Assembly: GCA_051294375.1 (NCBI GenBank)
Contig: CM119269.1
Location: 5,104,686 to 5,168,685 of the forward strand
Direction of reading: 5' to 3'
DNA length: 64,000 nucleotides
Origin: Paraspadella gotoi
Lineage: Eukaryota; Animalia; Chaetognatha
Positions 36,673 to 52,939 of the stretch are shown here, piece by piece. The notes under the pieces were generated by a model, which was not told the origin of the DNA, did no database searches, and worked only from the letters and a program-made list of their open reading frames with translations. Every line of letters starts with the position of its first letter. The first letter of the stretch is position 1. A program made the position numbers and the translations under genes.

Positions 36673-39600
36673 AGAGAGAGGAGATGGAGAAGAGGAGAGA
36701 GAGATGAGACCGCCACCGAGCAGGAAATGTAGAATAGAAGATAGTACAATAGCGTATGGCGATCTGGAATAAAAGGCGAAAAAACGGAAAAGAGGGAAGA
36801 AGAATTATGCAAACATAGAAAATTTAGAGTGAGTAGGAACTTTTTGAAGAGAACACGGAGCACGAGAGAGAGAGAGAGGAGAAGAGAGATGGAATGGATG
36901 AGAGGAAGAGAGAAACGAGGAGTTAAAGAGAAGGGAGGGAGGGTAGGAAGAGGAGAGAAGTAGCGAGGATAGATAAGGAAAGGAGTAGCGGGTGAGTAAG
37001 AGTGAAGATAGTCACAAATACCGTAGGGACAAGGCGAAGAAGTTGGGATCCTAATCCTTACAATGCCTTCCCCGTCATGGCTTCCCATGTTGAGAGGGTA
37101 ATTACTTTTTTCACCCTTTGGGGTGGCTTTATTGATCCCAGTGACACATCTTTTCAAACTTATTTCCCTTCATCATCCCAATTAGTCACGCCAACGAAAC
37201 AAGTGGAGAGAGAATATTTCCACACATAACAGTTACTTTAATCCTCTGGCGGCTTAGAGGAGACACCGAGAACAGGAGTTATATTTTATATTGAAGAAAG
37301 GAATAGAGATTGAATGAAAAGAGAGCGACAGAGCAAAGCACAGAGAGAGAAGAGAAAACGAGAGAAGAGAGAGAGACAAAGAAAGAAAAACGAAGAGAGA
37401 TTACGACTAAGAAGTGGAGGACAGTAAAAGAAATGGCAAGAACCACATAGCAAGAGGTGACAGCACGGAGAAGGAGAGTGAGGAGGAGAAAGGAGACGCA
37501 GGTGGAAGGAGAAAGGGCGAAGTTAGCCACCGACTAGAGAGAAGGGAGAGAGGTATCCGCCGGAGGGGAAGAAAGGCACGACGCCCCAAAGGGACGGCGC
37601 AGCCAACGCGATAGAGGAAGGAAGCAGAGTACGGAAGCAGCCACCGAGAAGAACCATCAAGCGCCCGCAACCCAGATGGGGGAGCCAATCGATAGGCAAA
37701 CAGCACAGGGGGCTTCTTTTGATTTGGCCTAGAATAGATCCCAAGTTGCGAGAGGTATTTAATTCTTTTTGTTTTTTCGGGTCTATTCTTATTCAATTCT
37801 CCAAGAAATCCGACTCGATTTTTTTCGTCTGTCCTTTTCGTCGTTCGGCGCGCTGCGTGCCCTGTGGGCTTTATCCGCCACCTCGCCGGACCAGGGACCG
37901 GGGGCTGACAATCGCAGGCCGCGGCGCCTCAGCCGCACTCAGGCCTTTTTCCAGCTAGCCTCGGCCATACCTTTTTTTTTTTTGCTTGTCTGCTCTTTCT
38001 TTCGCAAGGCGACAACCACGCAATTTCCTCCGTTGGGCTGGCGGTCGCCAACTTAGGACGACGGACCTTCAGAAAACCGAGGTGGGGCCTCTAGGAAATT
38101 GAATTTTTAATAGAGTTCCGTTATTGTAGGACCGGGATCAGTCAGAAAGAAAAGAGGGAGAGACCGAAAGAACGATAGACCCAAAAATACAATGGGAGGA
38201 AGAATATGAAAGAAGATTTGAGAAGAAGAAATCCCAAAAGAGAGAAGATAAGGAATAGTAAGTAAGCCGACACGAGAAGAAGAGTAAGAAGGATAAGATA
38301 ATGGATAGTTGAGGATAGAGGGGGTAGTTGAAAGGTATAAAGGAGGGATTATTATGGTAATAGTAGATAAGGAGGGTAGGCGGTATTAGTGTGGAAGGAG
38401 AATTAGGGGGAGAGTAGTATATTTGATAAGGGGGAGAGTGATAATGGAGGGTAGGGTAAAGGTAAAGGGGATATATTTGCCGATAAGAGGGGGGGAGAAT
38501 GTTGAATTGATAAGAGGGGTTGTGTTGGAGATAGAAAGGGGGGGAGTTGTGAGTATATAAGGGTTTAGGGTATTATGTGTGAAATATAATGGGGTAATTT
38601 GTACAAAGGGGGTTTAGTGACAAAAGGGGATTTGGATAAGGGGGTTGTTGGATAAATAAGGGGTGTATTTGGGTGATAGGGGGAGGTTATGTTTGATTTA
38701 GGAAGGGCAGGTTGAGATTTTAAGGGGTATAAGTTGGTTTAAGGGGGTTATGTGATAAATGGAATATGATTGGCAGTTAGGATAAATAGGAGGATTTAAT
38801 GTGGATAATGGGGGGTTGATTTTCGATAAAGGGGTGATAGGGGTATGGTGTGGAGGAAATCCACAGTGGAATGGTGCATGTTATGGGGGGGGGTGGAAGA
38901 GCAAGATGTGATTACGCACCAAATACGCATGAGCGTCTCAGTAAATGTTGTACAGATGGGTGTAGGGAGGCTTGCACGGCCGAGTGTTTGGAGTGAGTGG
39001 AAGAGAGAGTTGTGAAAGCGTAAGGGGTTTGTTGTTGTATGAGATGAGATACCGCGCGCTGTAGGATAGGGGTGAAGAGGGAAACAGTTTGAAATGGGAG
39101 AAGTTGTTAGATGAAAGAATGTTGAGGGCGCTAGAGGAGGGGTGAGGGAGGAAGAATTAGAAGAGGGACGGGATTGTAAAAAGTATAAAGTGAGAGTGTA
39201 GAAGTGTATATTAAGCCGGGTACCGAGGCGCTGATCGGTGTTCTCTACCGTCGTCGACTTTTCACTTCATTATCCCCGTTGCGTCCACCCCTCTGTCTCC
39301 CCTATCTAGGGGTCTCCTCTGATCTAATTTAATTGTGATCCCCATGATACGGAACGGGAAATAAAATATTCTCCCTCTTACGATATATATTCTTTAGGCT
39401 TTTTCTATTCCTTCTTTATATGTTCCCGCAGGTTACCTTTGTGTTTGACTTACGGTGTGTAACCCGGAGACTGTTCCTCATTTCTCGGGTCCCGTTTCGT
39501 GGCAGCTCTCCGTTCTCTTCCTTCCGTCGGCTCGGTCCATCACCCATCCCAACTCTGGCCCCACGCCCACCTTAGATTTTATCCGGGCGCCTTCCCGCCG

Positions 39601-42600
39601 ACCGTCTCATACCCCTCCTATGGCTCGATCGAGCAATCTCAGCAGGGTCTCAACCCGTTCCACTCCGGCCCGGTAGGGCCGGCTCTTCATCCGTCGCCTC
39701 TTCTACCGTCACCACCGTCCCCCTCATCGTCCGCAGATTTTTTGGGGACAGGTTTACCTATCCGCCGAACGGAAAGTCGGGGCGAGGCAGGGATAACAGA
39801 AGTCCGTCGGCCATTAGTTCATTGTTAAGTTGTACCGCGGAATTTTCATTACCGGCTTGTTTTTTAGAATAACCGAAGAGCAGGGTTGTAAGTAATTTAT
39901 TCTTCTTTAGGTGGTTTTGTGGAGTTGGGCTGAAGGTTTTTGGGTAGGGGTGGCGCCCTTTCTCTAATGTTGGTAGGTGGGGTATTCTGTAAGTCGGTGA
40001 CGGGTGGAAAAGGCAACCGGTGAAAATGTCAAAGATGGGGGGTGCGCGCCGATGGTCCGAAGTATTATAACTTTACCTGGTATAAGACTCCGAATTGAGG
40101 ATTTGTTTTTTGTTCTTATAATTTATTCTTTAAAAATTTGAAAACAAAAACAAAAAACGGAAAACATAAGAAAACAATATGTGGCCAAAAATAAATTTAG
40201 TAACTCAAAAACCAAAAGGTAAAGAAACAAAACCAAAAAAAACAAAGTTAACTATATTACCAAAAAAATAACAAAAATACCAACAATACCGTTTAAACAA
40301 TAATCTCTAATCATTTTGGTTTACATTCACTTTCACTTAATATCCGCAATTCTAGTCTCCGGTCCTCGACCCCTCGTGATCCTCGCTCTCCTCCTCTTTT
40401 CCTCTTCCTTCTTCTTCCATTTTCCTCCCTCCCTCCTCTCCTTCCTCTCTTTCCTTCCTTCTTCCCATCTCCGACGTTTCCCCACGATATTAATCGGCCC
40501 CCTCCCGGTTTTGTTTAGGTCCAGGTTCCTAGTCCAGTCGCGTGTTCAATCTGTTAAATGAAAGAAATTGGGCGCGGTACACAAGCGCAATATACGAGTA
40601 GATAGAAGAAAACAATGGATCAGTCCCCTAGGCACTCTGGCCTGTTAGTTAATAAAGGGCTGGTTCCAGTTCTGTTTCTGCGATTGTAGTGTTCCGCACG
40701 TTTTTTCGGGTCTCTGCGGTATCTCTCTTCCACAAGCGTAACAAACAGAAGAAATAGGGAGGAGATCGCGTACCCTCTGGCACCGCTTCGGCGGTGGCGG
40801 CCCGATTGCCCTTCCTTTCACCTCATCGGAATTCGCGGCCGCCGTCGCGTTCCGGGATTTGGCGCTTTTTTTTATTTTTTTTTTAGGGATCGGGTCGTAC
40901 TTCCGGGGGCTCGGTCTCGGGGTAGAGGGCGGTATCTCAGTCATCTACTCAGATCATGGTGGTGGTTATCCACCTCGCCACACGGAATTAAGAATTGGTA
41001 GCACTCTAGGGTGTCTGCTGGGACTCCGAGGTGGTTCTTTTTTTCCAAATAACCAACTCCTCCAAGCTTTCTTGGGATTCGCCGTCATGAGTCCTCATTG
41101 AGCGTATGGATCCGGAGCTCGAGGGTAAGAGCAGCCCAGCCCGCGCAAGGATGGGTTAAATTACGCTGGTGGGGAGGGGAAGACGAGGGTAAGAAAAGGG
41201 AGAGGAAGAAGCGAGAAGAAGAGGTTCTAATTATCCAGTACCTTATTACATTTTCAATGAAATAAATATTAGCCTCTATATATTCGCAAGGAGTTCATTG
41301 TGAGATAGTGGAATACTGATCTGACCCAAAACAGATACGCCGGTTGGCCATAGGCGGGTTGGACGGAGTCTCTGGGACACCCATAACACTCCTCGACCGT
41401 GGAAAATTTTTGTACATGGGTCACCACCAATTATTCCCGGATTCTTCCAGTCTGCTCCGGATGCTTTATCTTCTTCGGCTGGGCCATCGCCATTTTCCTT
41501 CGGATCTCTGAGTGGATATCGGCGGATCTTTAACATTTCTCCGAAGAGATGATTGGGGACGACAGAGTTAGCTGGGAACGGAAATTTCGTTTTCATTGCA
41601 TTTCCTCTCCGGGGCGTCCTCCCTCTGGCGTCTCTCTCTTCTTTCTCTTCTCCTTTTTCTACTCTCTCTTGTCGGCTGGCTGCGGATTCTCCTCTGGCTC
41701 TTTCTACCCTGCTCTCTTGGTCTAATCGTATTAGGCCTTACTTCCTATTTTTCTTCAATTCTACTATTATAGGGTGGAGATACATATCTATTACTTTAAT
41801 GGTTTTAATACATAAATAATGTGTTGGCGCTCTTTCCTTCCTCTCTGATTTATTGTGTCCCTTCTTCTTCTTTTCTTTTTAAGTTAACTTTTTTTTTTCT
41901 TTTCTTTCTATGTTAATCATTTTTCTATTTTATCTTTCTTTCTTTTCTTTACATTTTCTTTTTTGCCTGTCTTATAATACGTATCTTATTGTTTAATTTC
42001 TATTTACTCATTTTTCATTTTCTAATGTTTATTTTTTTTCTCATTCGCCTCCACTTTCTCCATCAACATTTATTGCAAAGTTTCTCCACCAGCGTCGCGT
42101 GGGATTCTGTAACCTAATTGGGAAAGGTTTGGAAAAATTGGGTCACTGGGAACAATAAAATGAGGGCCACCAATGGAAAAAAACACGGATCATGGGCGGA
42201 CAACCATCTTCAATCCACCACCCTGCCGTACCGGGCCTGGTCACTACATAACTATCTCCTCTTTCACGCTATGTCTTTATACTCTCCTTTTACCAATCAT
42301 CCTGTGCTTTCGTGCGAACTAACTTCTCTAGGGTTCTCTCTCTCGCGTCTCTTCGTCTCTCTCTCTCTCCTTCTTCTTCTCTTCTCTTCTCTCTCTCTCT
42401 CTTCTCTCTATATCTCCTCTCTCATACTTACTTTATATATTTCTGGGGCCAATGTCTTTTTTGGGTCTATTCTTTTCTAGAAGGAGATAAATAGGATATA
42501 GTAAGTGTTTTGGGTTATGGGGATTAATATTACAGGGATTTCAGGGTGTTTTCTTTACTTTTGTTTCTTTTCTTTCTTTTTGTCTTCTTTTCTTTCTTTC

Positions 42601-43417
42601 TTTACTGTTTTTCTTTCTTTCTTTCTTTCTTTTCCTATATTTATTTTTTTCTTCCTCCGCTTCCGCATTAATTTTATTTCTCACCAGTCCGGGGTTCTGG
42701 GGATGCTAATTAGAAGGTTTGGTAAAAATATATTGTCACTGGGGGACAATAAAGGCCAGCCAAGAGGAAAAAAATCATGGGCGAACACATTAATGCATTA
42801 TCTTAACGGGCGGCTTGGGGTTCACTACAATAACTTTTATACACTCTTACGACGGGGGCATTGATTATCTTTCTTCATGGTTCTTTCTTCTTCTCAGGAT
42901 GTTTCGGTCGGGTCTTTTCTCATCTCTCTCTCTCTCTCTCTCCTCATAATGGACTCTTTACAGTCTCTCTCTCTCCTCTACTCTCTCTGTCTTCTTCCAG
43001 GTCCTTCACTCTGGGGTTTCATATTACTTCTTCCCTTTTACGGTTTTCGCCTTTATTTCCTAGGACGATCAAGGCGGAGCTGTGTAAATTTACTCTTTTC
43101 TTCCTCTTTCGGAGTCGGCTATAATCTCTATCTAATCAAAATCTCTCTCTCGGTGGTGACATAACTCTATCTCATCTCTTACTCTAGAAGTCTTCTTCTC
43201 TTTTCTCAGATCGGATCTCAAGTCCTCATTCGGGTTGCTCTCTCTTCTGCCGTCAGTCCGGGGCGGCCAATTGGACATGGTCGGGTTATGTTTATGGCGG
43301 TTTGCAGGTCAGCGCTTTGCGGGGCGGGGTGTAAAAAAAAAATGTGCATTCCAACGTTATGATGAAAAGACCTGGGTTATTTCTCTTAGACAAGTGTTGT
43401 TTTGTTTCGAAGCATAT
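36425..43417. other. Low-quality block with inverted ends, containing noisy copies of 43480-44430
   Basis: 36425-36630 is the reverse complement of 43235-43417. 36990-37215 matches 43485-43620 directly. 42050-42300, 42660-42880, 41160-41300 and 40780-40970 match parts of 43480-44280 inverted. The block ends at a 25-N gap. Confidence 0.75.
38250..38860. repeat. Degenerate G-rich tandem repeat (GATAAGGGGG core, ~20-bp period)
   Basis: Recurring gataagggg(g)..ttgtg motif; the unit is obscured by noise. Confidence 0.55.
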
Positions 43418-43442
43418 NNNNNNNNNNNNNNNNNNNNNNNNN

Positions 43443-43475
<33 letters not shown>

Positions 43476-44224
43476 AACAAGCGTGAAAGAGTGAGAAGTA
43501 TGTAGGACAAGGCGAGAGTGATTAATGTTCGCCCATGATTTTTTTTCCTGGTGGCTTTATTGTCCAGTGACAATTTTTCAAACTTTTCTCAATTAGCTCA
43601 GAACACGAGTGGGAGAAATAAAATAATGGGGAAGGGAGGAAGAAAAAAATAAACATAGAAAGAAAGAAAGAAAAAAAGAAAGAAAGAAGGAAAGAANNNN
43701 NNNNNNNNNNNNNNNNNNNNNNNNNNNNNNNNNNNNNNNNNNNNNNNNNNNNNNNNNNNNNNNNNNNNNNNNNNNNNNNNNNNNNNNNNNNNNNNNNNNN
43801 NNNNNNNNNNNNNNNNNNNNNNNNNNNNNNNNNNNNNNNNNNNNGAAGAGAAGAAGCGAGAGAGAGAGAGAGACCGAGGGATGAGAACGAGAGACGAAAG
43901 AGAGAGACAGACGAGATATGCTGAAGAGAAGCAGCGACCCGAGGTAGGCGCTTCGTTTGATATTCATGACTCTTGCGATATTAAGAAGCTAATTTATTCT
44001 GATGTATAAGGGTCTGGTTTAGAAGACCTTTTCTCATTTTCTCTTTCACTCTGTCTTTCCCCCCCACGCGCATACTCTCGCTCTCTCTCGCTCCCTCTCG
44101 CTCTCTCCGGGGGTCACAACCAGCCAATTTGGTCATGTAAACATGTCTGTGAGACGAGTACCGCCCTCTCGAGACGAAGGCCCGAAGTTACGACCGATCT
44201 AAAAAAAATAAAAAGCGCAATCGG

Positions 44225-44365
44225 ACGGGACGGCGGCGGATCGAGTGGAGGAGGCAGTATCGGCGGCGGCGGCGGTGGGGGCGGTAGCGGTGGCGGCTGC
44301 CGTGACGGCGGCGGCGGTTACGGCGGCGGCGACGGCGGCGGCGGCTCGTGGCGGTGTCGGCAAGG
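44225..44365. repeat. Degenerate (GGC)n CpG-rich tract
   Basis: ggcggcggcggcggtggg...cggcggcggcgacggcggcggcggc. Confidence 0.85.
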
Positions 44366-44703
44366 CTGGTCCGAGAGGCAGAAACGGTTTAACTATATTT
44401 AAATCGAACCCTCTGATGTTTTTAACTAATAGTTATTTATTCTTTTTTAAAAGCTAAGGTCACCATTGATTCTCGGTCGAAGTTCAAAAAATGTATTATT
44501 GTAACAAGCATACGTATAAGTACAGTTACAGCGTCTTGCACTATTTCATTTTTTTTATAACACGACTTCATTTGCAGTCAACTTTTTTTTTTTCAACTGA
44601 AACTCTTGGTTTATGTTAAAAGAATTCTCGGCGACGTCGTTCGTATTCCAGGGAAGAAGCTCAGCGGACATTTACGTTCCCCGGAAAACCAAGAACGTGC
44701 CCT

Positions 44704-44706
<3 letters not shown>

Positions 44707-44781
<75 letters not shown>

Positions 44782-45000
44782 TCTCTCTCTTCTTTCTTTC
44801 TTTCATCGATCCCTCTCTTCTTCCTCTTTCTTTCTCCACTCTCTCTTTCCCTCCTCCTCTCTCCGATCTCTCTCTCTCTCTCTTTCTTTCTTTCTCTGTT
44901 TTTCTCGATCTCCGTCTCTTTCTTCCTCTTTCTTTCTCCACTCTCTCTTTCCCTCCCTCCTCTCTCCATCTCTCCCTCTCCCCCCTACTCCCCCCACCCT
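44707..45000. repeat. (CT)n plus ~100-bp internal duplication
   Basis: (CT)n at 44707-44790; cgatc..tcttcctctttctttctccactctctcttt occurs at about 44807 and 44907. Confidence 0.85.
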
Positions 45001-45977
45001 CATTTTCCATTCCTAATTCCATTTCGATATCTGGGTCATAGATCCCCTGACGAGATTAAGAAGCCGCCAATTTCGGCGTTTGGCTCCGAAAACTCGGAAT
45101 TAAAGCGCCAGTCGTCACTAATAAAATACGCAAAAATCGTATGAAAAATGAAAAATCACGACACATTAGATACAACGCAATGATTATAATAAAAGCTATA
45201 TATATCACTTGAGGTTGGTTTTAATATGTTAAAATGGTACGGAAAAATCCAACAGTCTGGATGGACAATCTGGATTGTGCAGATTTCGACAACCCACCAC
45301 AAAAAAAGTTTGGAATAATTTGAAACATTTTAAGTACAGTAAGCGTGATATTAATAGATATAGTAAGAAGTTGATACAGTATTTACGTATTAATTATAAT
45401 TATAATTGAAAACATAATAATGAATTTTAAATTAGAAAGTAAAATCTAAAATTAACTATGCTTGTTTCTATGACAACGACGACAACAACGACGACGACGG
45501 TCTCTCTCTTGATGTCGTCGGGACGAGAAAAAAGATATGGAGGTGTCGGCGAAGATCAAAGGGTAACACGCGAAGCGATCGAAGGTGAGGAGCTAATCTC
45601 TAACTTACCTTATCACGTGAATCGCGGGCGAGAAACCGGGAGAGGTTGATGAAGAGGAGGAGGAGCAGGAGGAGGAGGAGCAGTAGGAGGAAAAGGTGCG
45701 GGATTAAAGCTAAAACTGGGTCTCGTTGGAAGAAGGTAAGGAATAAAGAAATAAAAAGGATAAAAAGAAAAAAAGCCTCGAAGGAAAAAAAAAAAGAAGT
45801 TTCCGGATCAAAGCTGATAGGTCTGACATCGACGGAGGAAAAAAAGAAAAGAGATTTCGGAGGAAAGAAAAAGAGAGGAAATGAAGGAAAGGAGATGGGG
45901 ATAAAAGATTAATAGAGATAAGTGAGAAAAGAGGGAAGGAATGAAAATTTGAAAATAAAGAGAAAACCATAACATAA

Positions 45978-46160
45978 GAGTGAATAAACAAAACTGTGAG
46001 AGAGTTGATTGAAAGCTTGCAGAGACCTGCTATGTCATTATCTTGTAAGAGTGATGGAGGCCTTAAAGCTTAAACCACCAAAGCCTGTCCAAAGCCAGGG
46101 ACAAGATAGCTTATTTATTAAATGAATGGATAATTTTTATATTGGTTGTACCAATTTCAT
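45978..46160 (+). mobile_element. Truncated direct copy of the end of the 20913-21573 LTR-like element
   Basis: Matches 21384-21561 closely (gagtgaataaac...tcttgtaagagtgatggaggccttaaa...aaatgaatggataatttttatattggttgta). Confidence 0.85.
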
Positions 46161-46564
46161 GGCTTTTTTTTTCGCGACAAACGGCCGATAAATTGTAAAT
46201 TTTTTTTCCATTCCCACGACGGGCATGTATTATATTTTAGGTTGATAGTTATATTTGCTGGTTTCTTTATTTTTTTGTACTTTTCAACGATATTAACCCA
46301 ACATGAATTAAAAATTGTGTCTTTGGCCAATCATAGCTGACTGCCGCGTGATCCCTTTCCCGTTTGAGGTCAATGCGCCGCTCCTTTTCTTTCACACTCA
46401 CTTTTCGCCGACACACTTCATTCTCTTTTTGTTCACCCTCCCACGAAATGCAACAATTTTTAGAATTTCGTTATTTCGCGGTTGAGAGTCGAGAAAAGCG
46501 TCAGTCGTCAGATCAACAGATGGGAAAAAACTATTTTTAGAAAAATAGGGAGAGAGAAAATTCG

Positions 46565-48228
46565 AGGAGTAGAGTGGCTAATGGGTGGATTTGGTAAGAG
46601 AAGTGGAGCGAGAGAAGTAGAGTGGCTAATGGGTGGATTTGGTAAGAGGAGTGAAGCGAGAGAAGTAGAGTGGCTATCCAATCTACCCATTAGCCACTCT
46701 ACTTCTCTCGCCTCCACTCCTGTCTTACCCCAAATCCACCCATAGCCACCTCTACTTCTCTCGCTCCACTCCTCTTTACAAATCCACCCATAGCCACTCT
46801 ACACTTCTCTCGCTCCACTTCTTCTTACCAAATCCACCCATTAGCCACTCTACTCTCGCTTCATCCACCTTTACCACAATCTACCCATAGCCACTCTACT
46901 TCTCTCCTCCCACTCCTCTTACCAAATCCACCATTAGCCACTCTACTTCTCTCGCCTTCCACTTCTCTTTACCCAAATCCACCCATAGCACACTCTACTT
47001 CTCTCGCTCCACTCTCTCTTAGCCAAATCCACTCTATAGCCACTCACTTCTCTCGCTCTCACTTCTCTTACCAATCCATCCATAGCCACTCTTACTTCTC
47101 TCGCTCCACTTCTCTTACCAAATCCACTCATACCACTCTACTTCTCTCGCTTCACTCCTTTTACCAATCCACCCATTAGGCCACTCTACTTCTCTCGCTC
47201 CCTCCTACTTTACCAATCCACCATAGCCACTCTACTTCTCTCGCTCCACTTCTTCTTACCAAATCCATCATAGCCACTCTACTTCTCTCGCTCCATTCCT
47301 CTTACCAAATCCACCATAGCCACTCTACTTCTCTCGCTTCACTCCTCTTACCAAATCCACCCATTAGCCACTCTACTTCTCTCGCTCCACTTCTCTTACC
47401 AAGAATCCACTCATAGCCACTCTACTTCTCTCGCTTCCACTCCTTTTTTACCCGGAATCCCGCATAGCCACGCTAATCTGCTCGTGCTTTTNNNNNNNNN
47501 NNNNNNNNNNNNNNNNNNNNNNNNNNNNNNNNNNNNNNNNNNNNNNNNNNNNNNNNNNNNNNNNNNNNNNNNNNNNNNNNNNNNNNNNNNNNNNNNNNNN
47601 NNNNNNNNNNNNNNNNNNNNNNNNNNNNNNNNNNNNNNNNNNNNNNNNNNNNNNNNNNNNNNNNNNNNNNNNNNNNNNNNNNNNNNNNNNNNNNNNNNNN
47701 NNNNNNNNNNNNNNNNNNNNNNNNNNNNNNNNNNNNNNNNNNNNNNNNNNNNNNNNNNNNNNNNNNNNNNNNNNNNNNNNNNNNNNNNNNNNNNNNNNNN
47801 NNNNNNNNNNNNNNNNNNNNNNNNNNNNNNNNNNNNNNNNNNNNNNNNNNNNNNNNNNNNNNNNNNNNNNNNNNNNNNNNNNNNNNNNNNNNNNNNNNNN
47901 NNNNNNNNNNNNNNNNNNNNNNNNNNNNNNNNNNNNNNNNNNNNNNNNNNNNNNNNNNNNNNNNNNNNNNNNNNNNNNNNNNNNNNNNNNNNNNNNNNNN
48001 NNNNNNNNNNNNNNNNNNNNNNNNNNNNNNNNNNNNNNNNNNNNNNNNNNNNNNNNNNNNNNNNNNNNNNNNNNNNNNNNNNNNNNNNNNNNNNNNNNNN
48101 NNNNNNNNNNNNNNNNNGTAAAATGAGTGGAGCGCGAGAAGTAGAGTGGCTATGGGTAGATTTGGTAAGAGAAGTGGAGCGAGAGAAGTCGAGTGGCTAT
48201 GGGTGGATTTGGTAAGAGGAGTGGAGCG
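46565..48228. repeat. 47-48-bp satellite array with internal inversion and gap
   Basis: Unit GAGAAGTAGAGTGGCTA(A)TGGGTGGATTTGGTAAGAG(A/G)AGTGGAGCGA. Forward at 46565-46677, reversed (~17 noisy units) at 46678-47470, N gap at 47492-48117, forward again at 48118-48228. Confidence 0.95.
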
Positions 48229-48722
48229 GTCGACAGTTGGGAGATGGAGATGGATTGAGATGTGGAGCAGTGAGTTTGTCGGGCGAATAAGGAGAGTAGC
48301 CGAACAATGGATTAATACGCTTATTGGTTGATGGACTGAAAAAGGATTTCTAGTCTTTGTAGTGAATAAAAAGTATTGTGAAAGTATTGAGTGAAAGTGA
48401 AATAAAGAATATTGTTGGAGATATAGTCGTTTCGAATGAATACCTAATTTTAAGAATAATTATACAATTCAAAAATTGAATTTAACATGTGAAAAATATG
48501 AAAGTAACACGCCGTAAAGTACTAGATGGTTGTTGTTTCCGTCAGTTCAAGCTTTATAAAGGGCTAAACAATCTATTTGCTATGAGAATAAACTCGAGAA
48601 AACCTGACGGACAATGATAATGATTAAAATTTATTCGCCGTCTAAATGTCTTTCTTTCCCTCCTTTGAGAGAAGTAGGAAGGGATATAAATAGAAGAGGG
48701 GGAGAAAAGAAAATTAAGACTA

Positions 48723-49274
<552 letters not shown>

Positions 49275-49769
49275 CATTAATTGGTTTTATCTGACGAAAT
49301 TTTCGTTCGCCTCGTCGATCCCTTTCCTTCTCCTCGTAATCTGACTGAATTAGAATCGACAAAAATTCGATCAAAAATCCAGTTAGTGAAAGAACCTCAC
49401 GCTTTGGGTGTCAAATAGCCTCGCCTTATTCTTTCCTTTCCTTTTCACTTTTTCGTTTTTTGTTTTTTAGTTTCGACTTTGAATTCTACTTTTTCTATCT
49501 TTTCTATCTTTTTCTTTCCTTTCCTTTTCACTTTTTCGTTTTTTTTGTTTTTTAGTTTCGACTTTGAATTCTACTTTTTCTATCTTTTCTATCTTTTTCT
49601 TTCCTTTCCTTTTCACTTTTTCGTTTTTTGTTTTTTAGTTTCGACTTTGAATTCTACTTTTTCTATCTTTTCTATCTTTTTCTTTCCTTTCCTTTTCACT
49701 TTTTTGTTTTTTTGTTTTTTAGTTTCGACTTTGAATTCTACTTTTTCTATCTTTTCTATCTTTTCCTTT

Positions 49770-52464
<2,695 letters not shown>

Positions 52465-52905
52465 CACACGAGAGAGATGAAGATTCGAGATACTGATTAA
52501 TTGTTCATTGATAAATTGATGTTGTGATGTATTGCGCCATCATCATGATCGAACGTCACATAAATTCTATATGGTGAAAACCTTGATTGGCAACGACGCA
52601 GAGAAAAAAAAAAGAGAGAGAGAGAGATAGAGAGAGAGAAGAAAGGGAGAGAGAGAGCAGAGAGAGAGAGAGAGAGGACAGAGACGTAGACCAGAAAGCA
52701 TAGAGTCCGTTAATTCACTTCAAGCTCCAAGGATGAAGAAAAAAAGAAAGAAAATTTCAGTGAGGCTTGAAAACCACTTAAATCTGTAGGAAAAAAGAAA
52801 CAGGTGAAGGAAAGAAGAGTGCCCACATAAGAGGAGACGAAAACCAAAAATCTGAGACAGTTTGGAAATAGGAAACAAGAAGGGACAGCCACAGACTGCG
52901 CGAGG

Positions 52906-52939
<34 letters not shown>

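Noticed and set aside
46565-48228. CRISPR-like regular array
   Set aside because: Units are contiguous with no unique spacers, there are no cas genes, and the context is eukaryotic. The same applies to the 41-, 45- and 85-bp arrays.
52465-52479. GAGAGAGAT at junctions (also 54671, and ATCTCTCTCT at 59902) as PacBio SMRTbell adapter remnants
   Set aside because: Only the 9-10 nt GA stem matches and the adapter loop is absent. Such words are ubiquitous in this GA-rich window.
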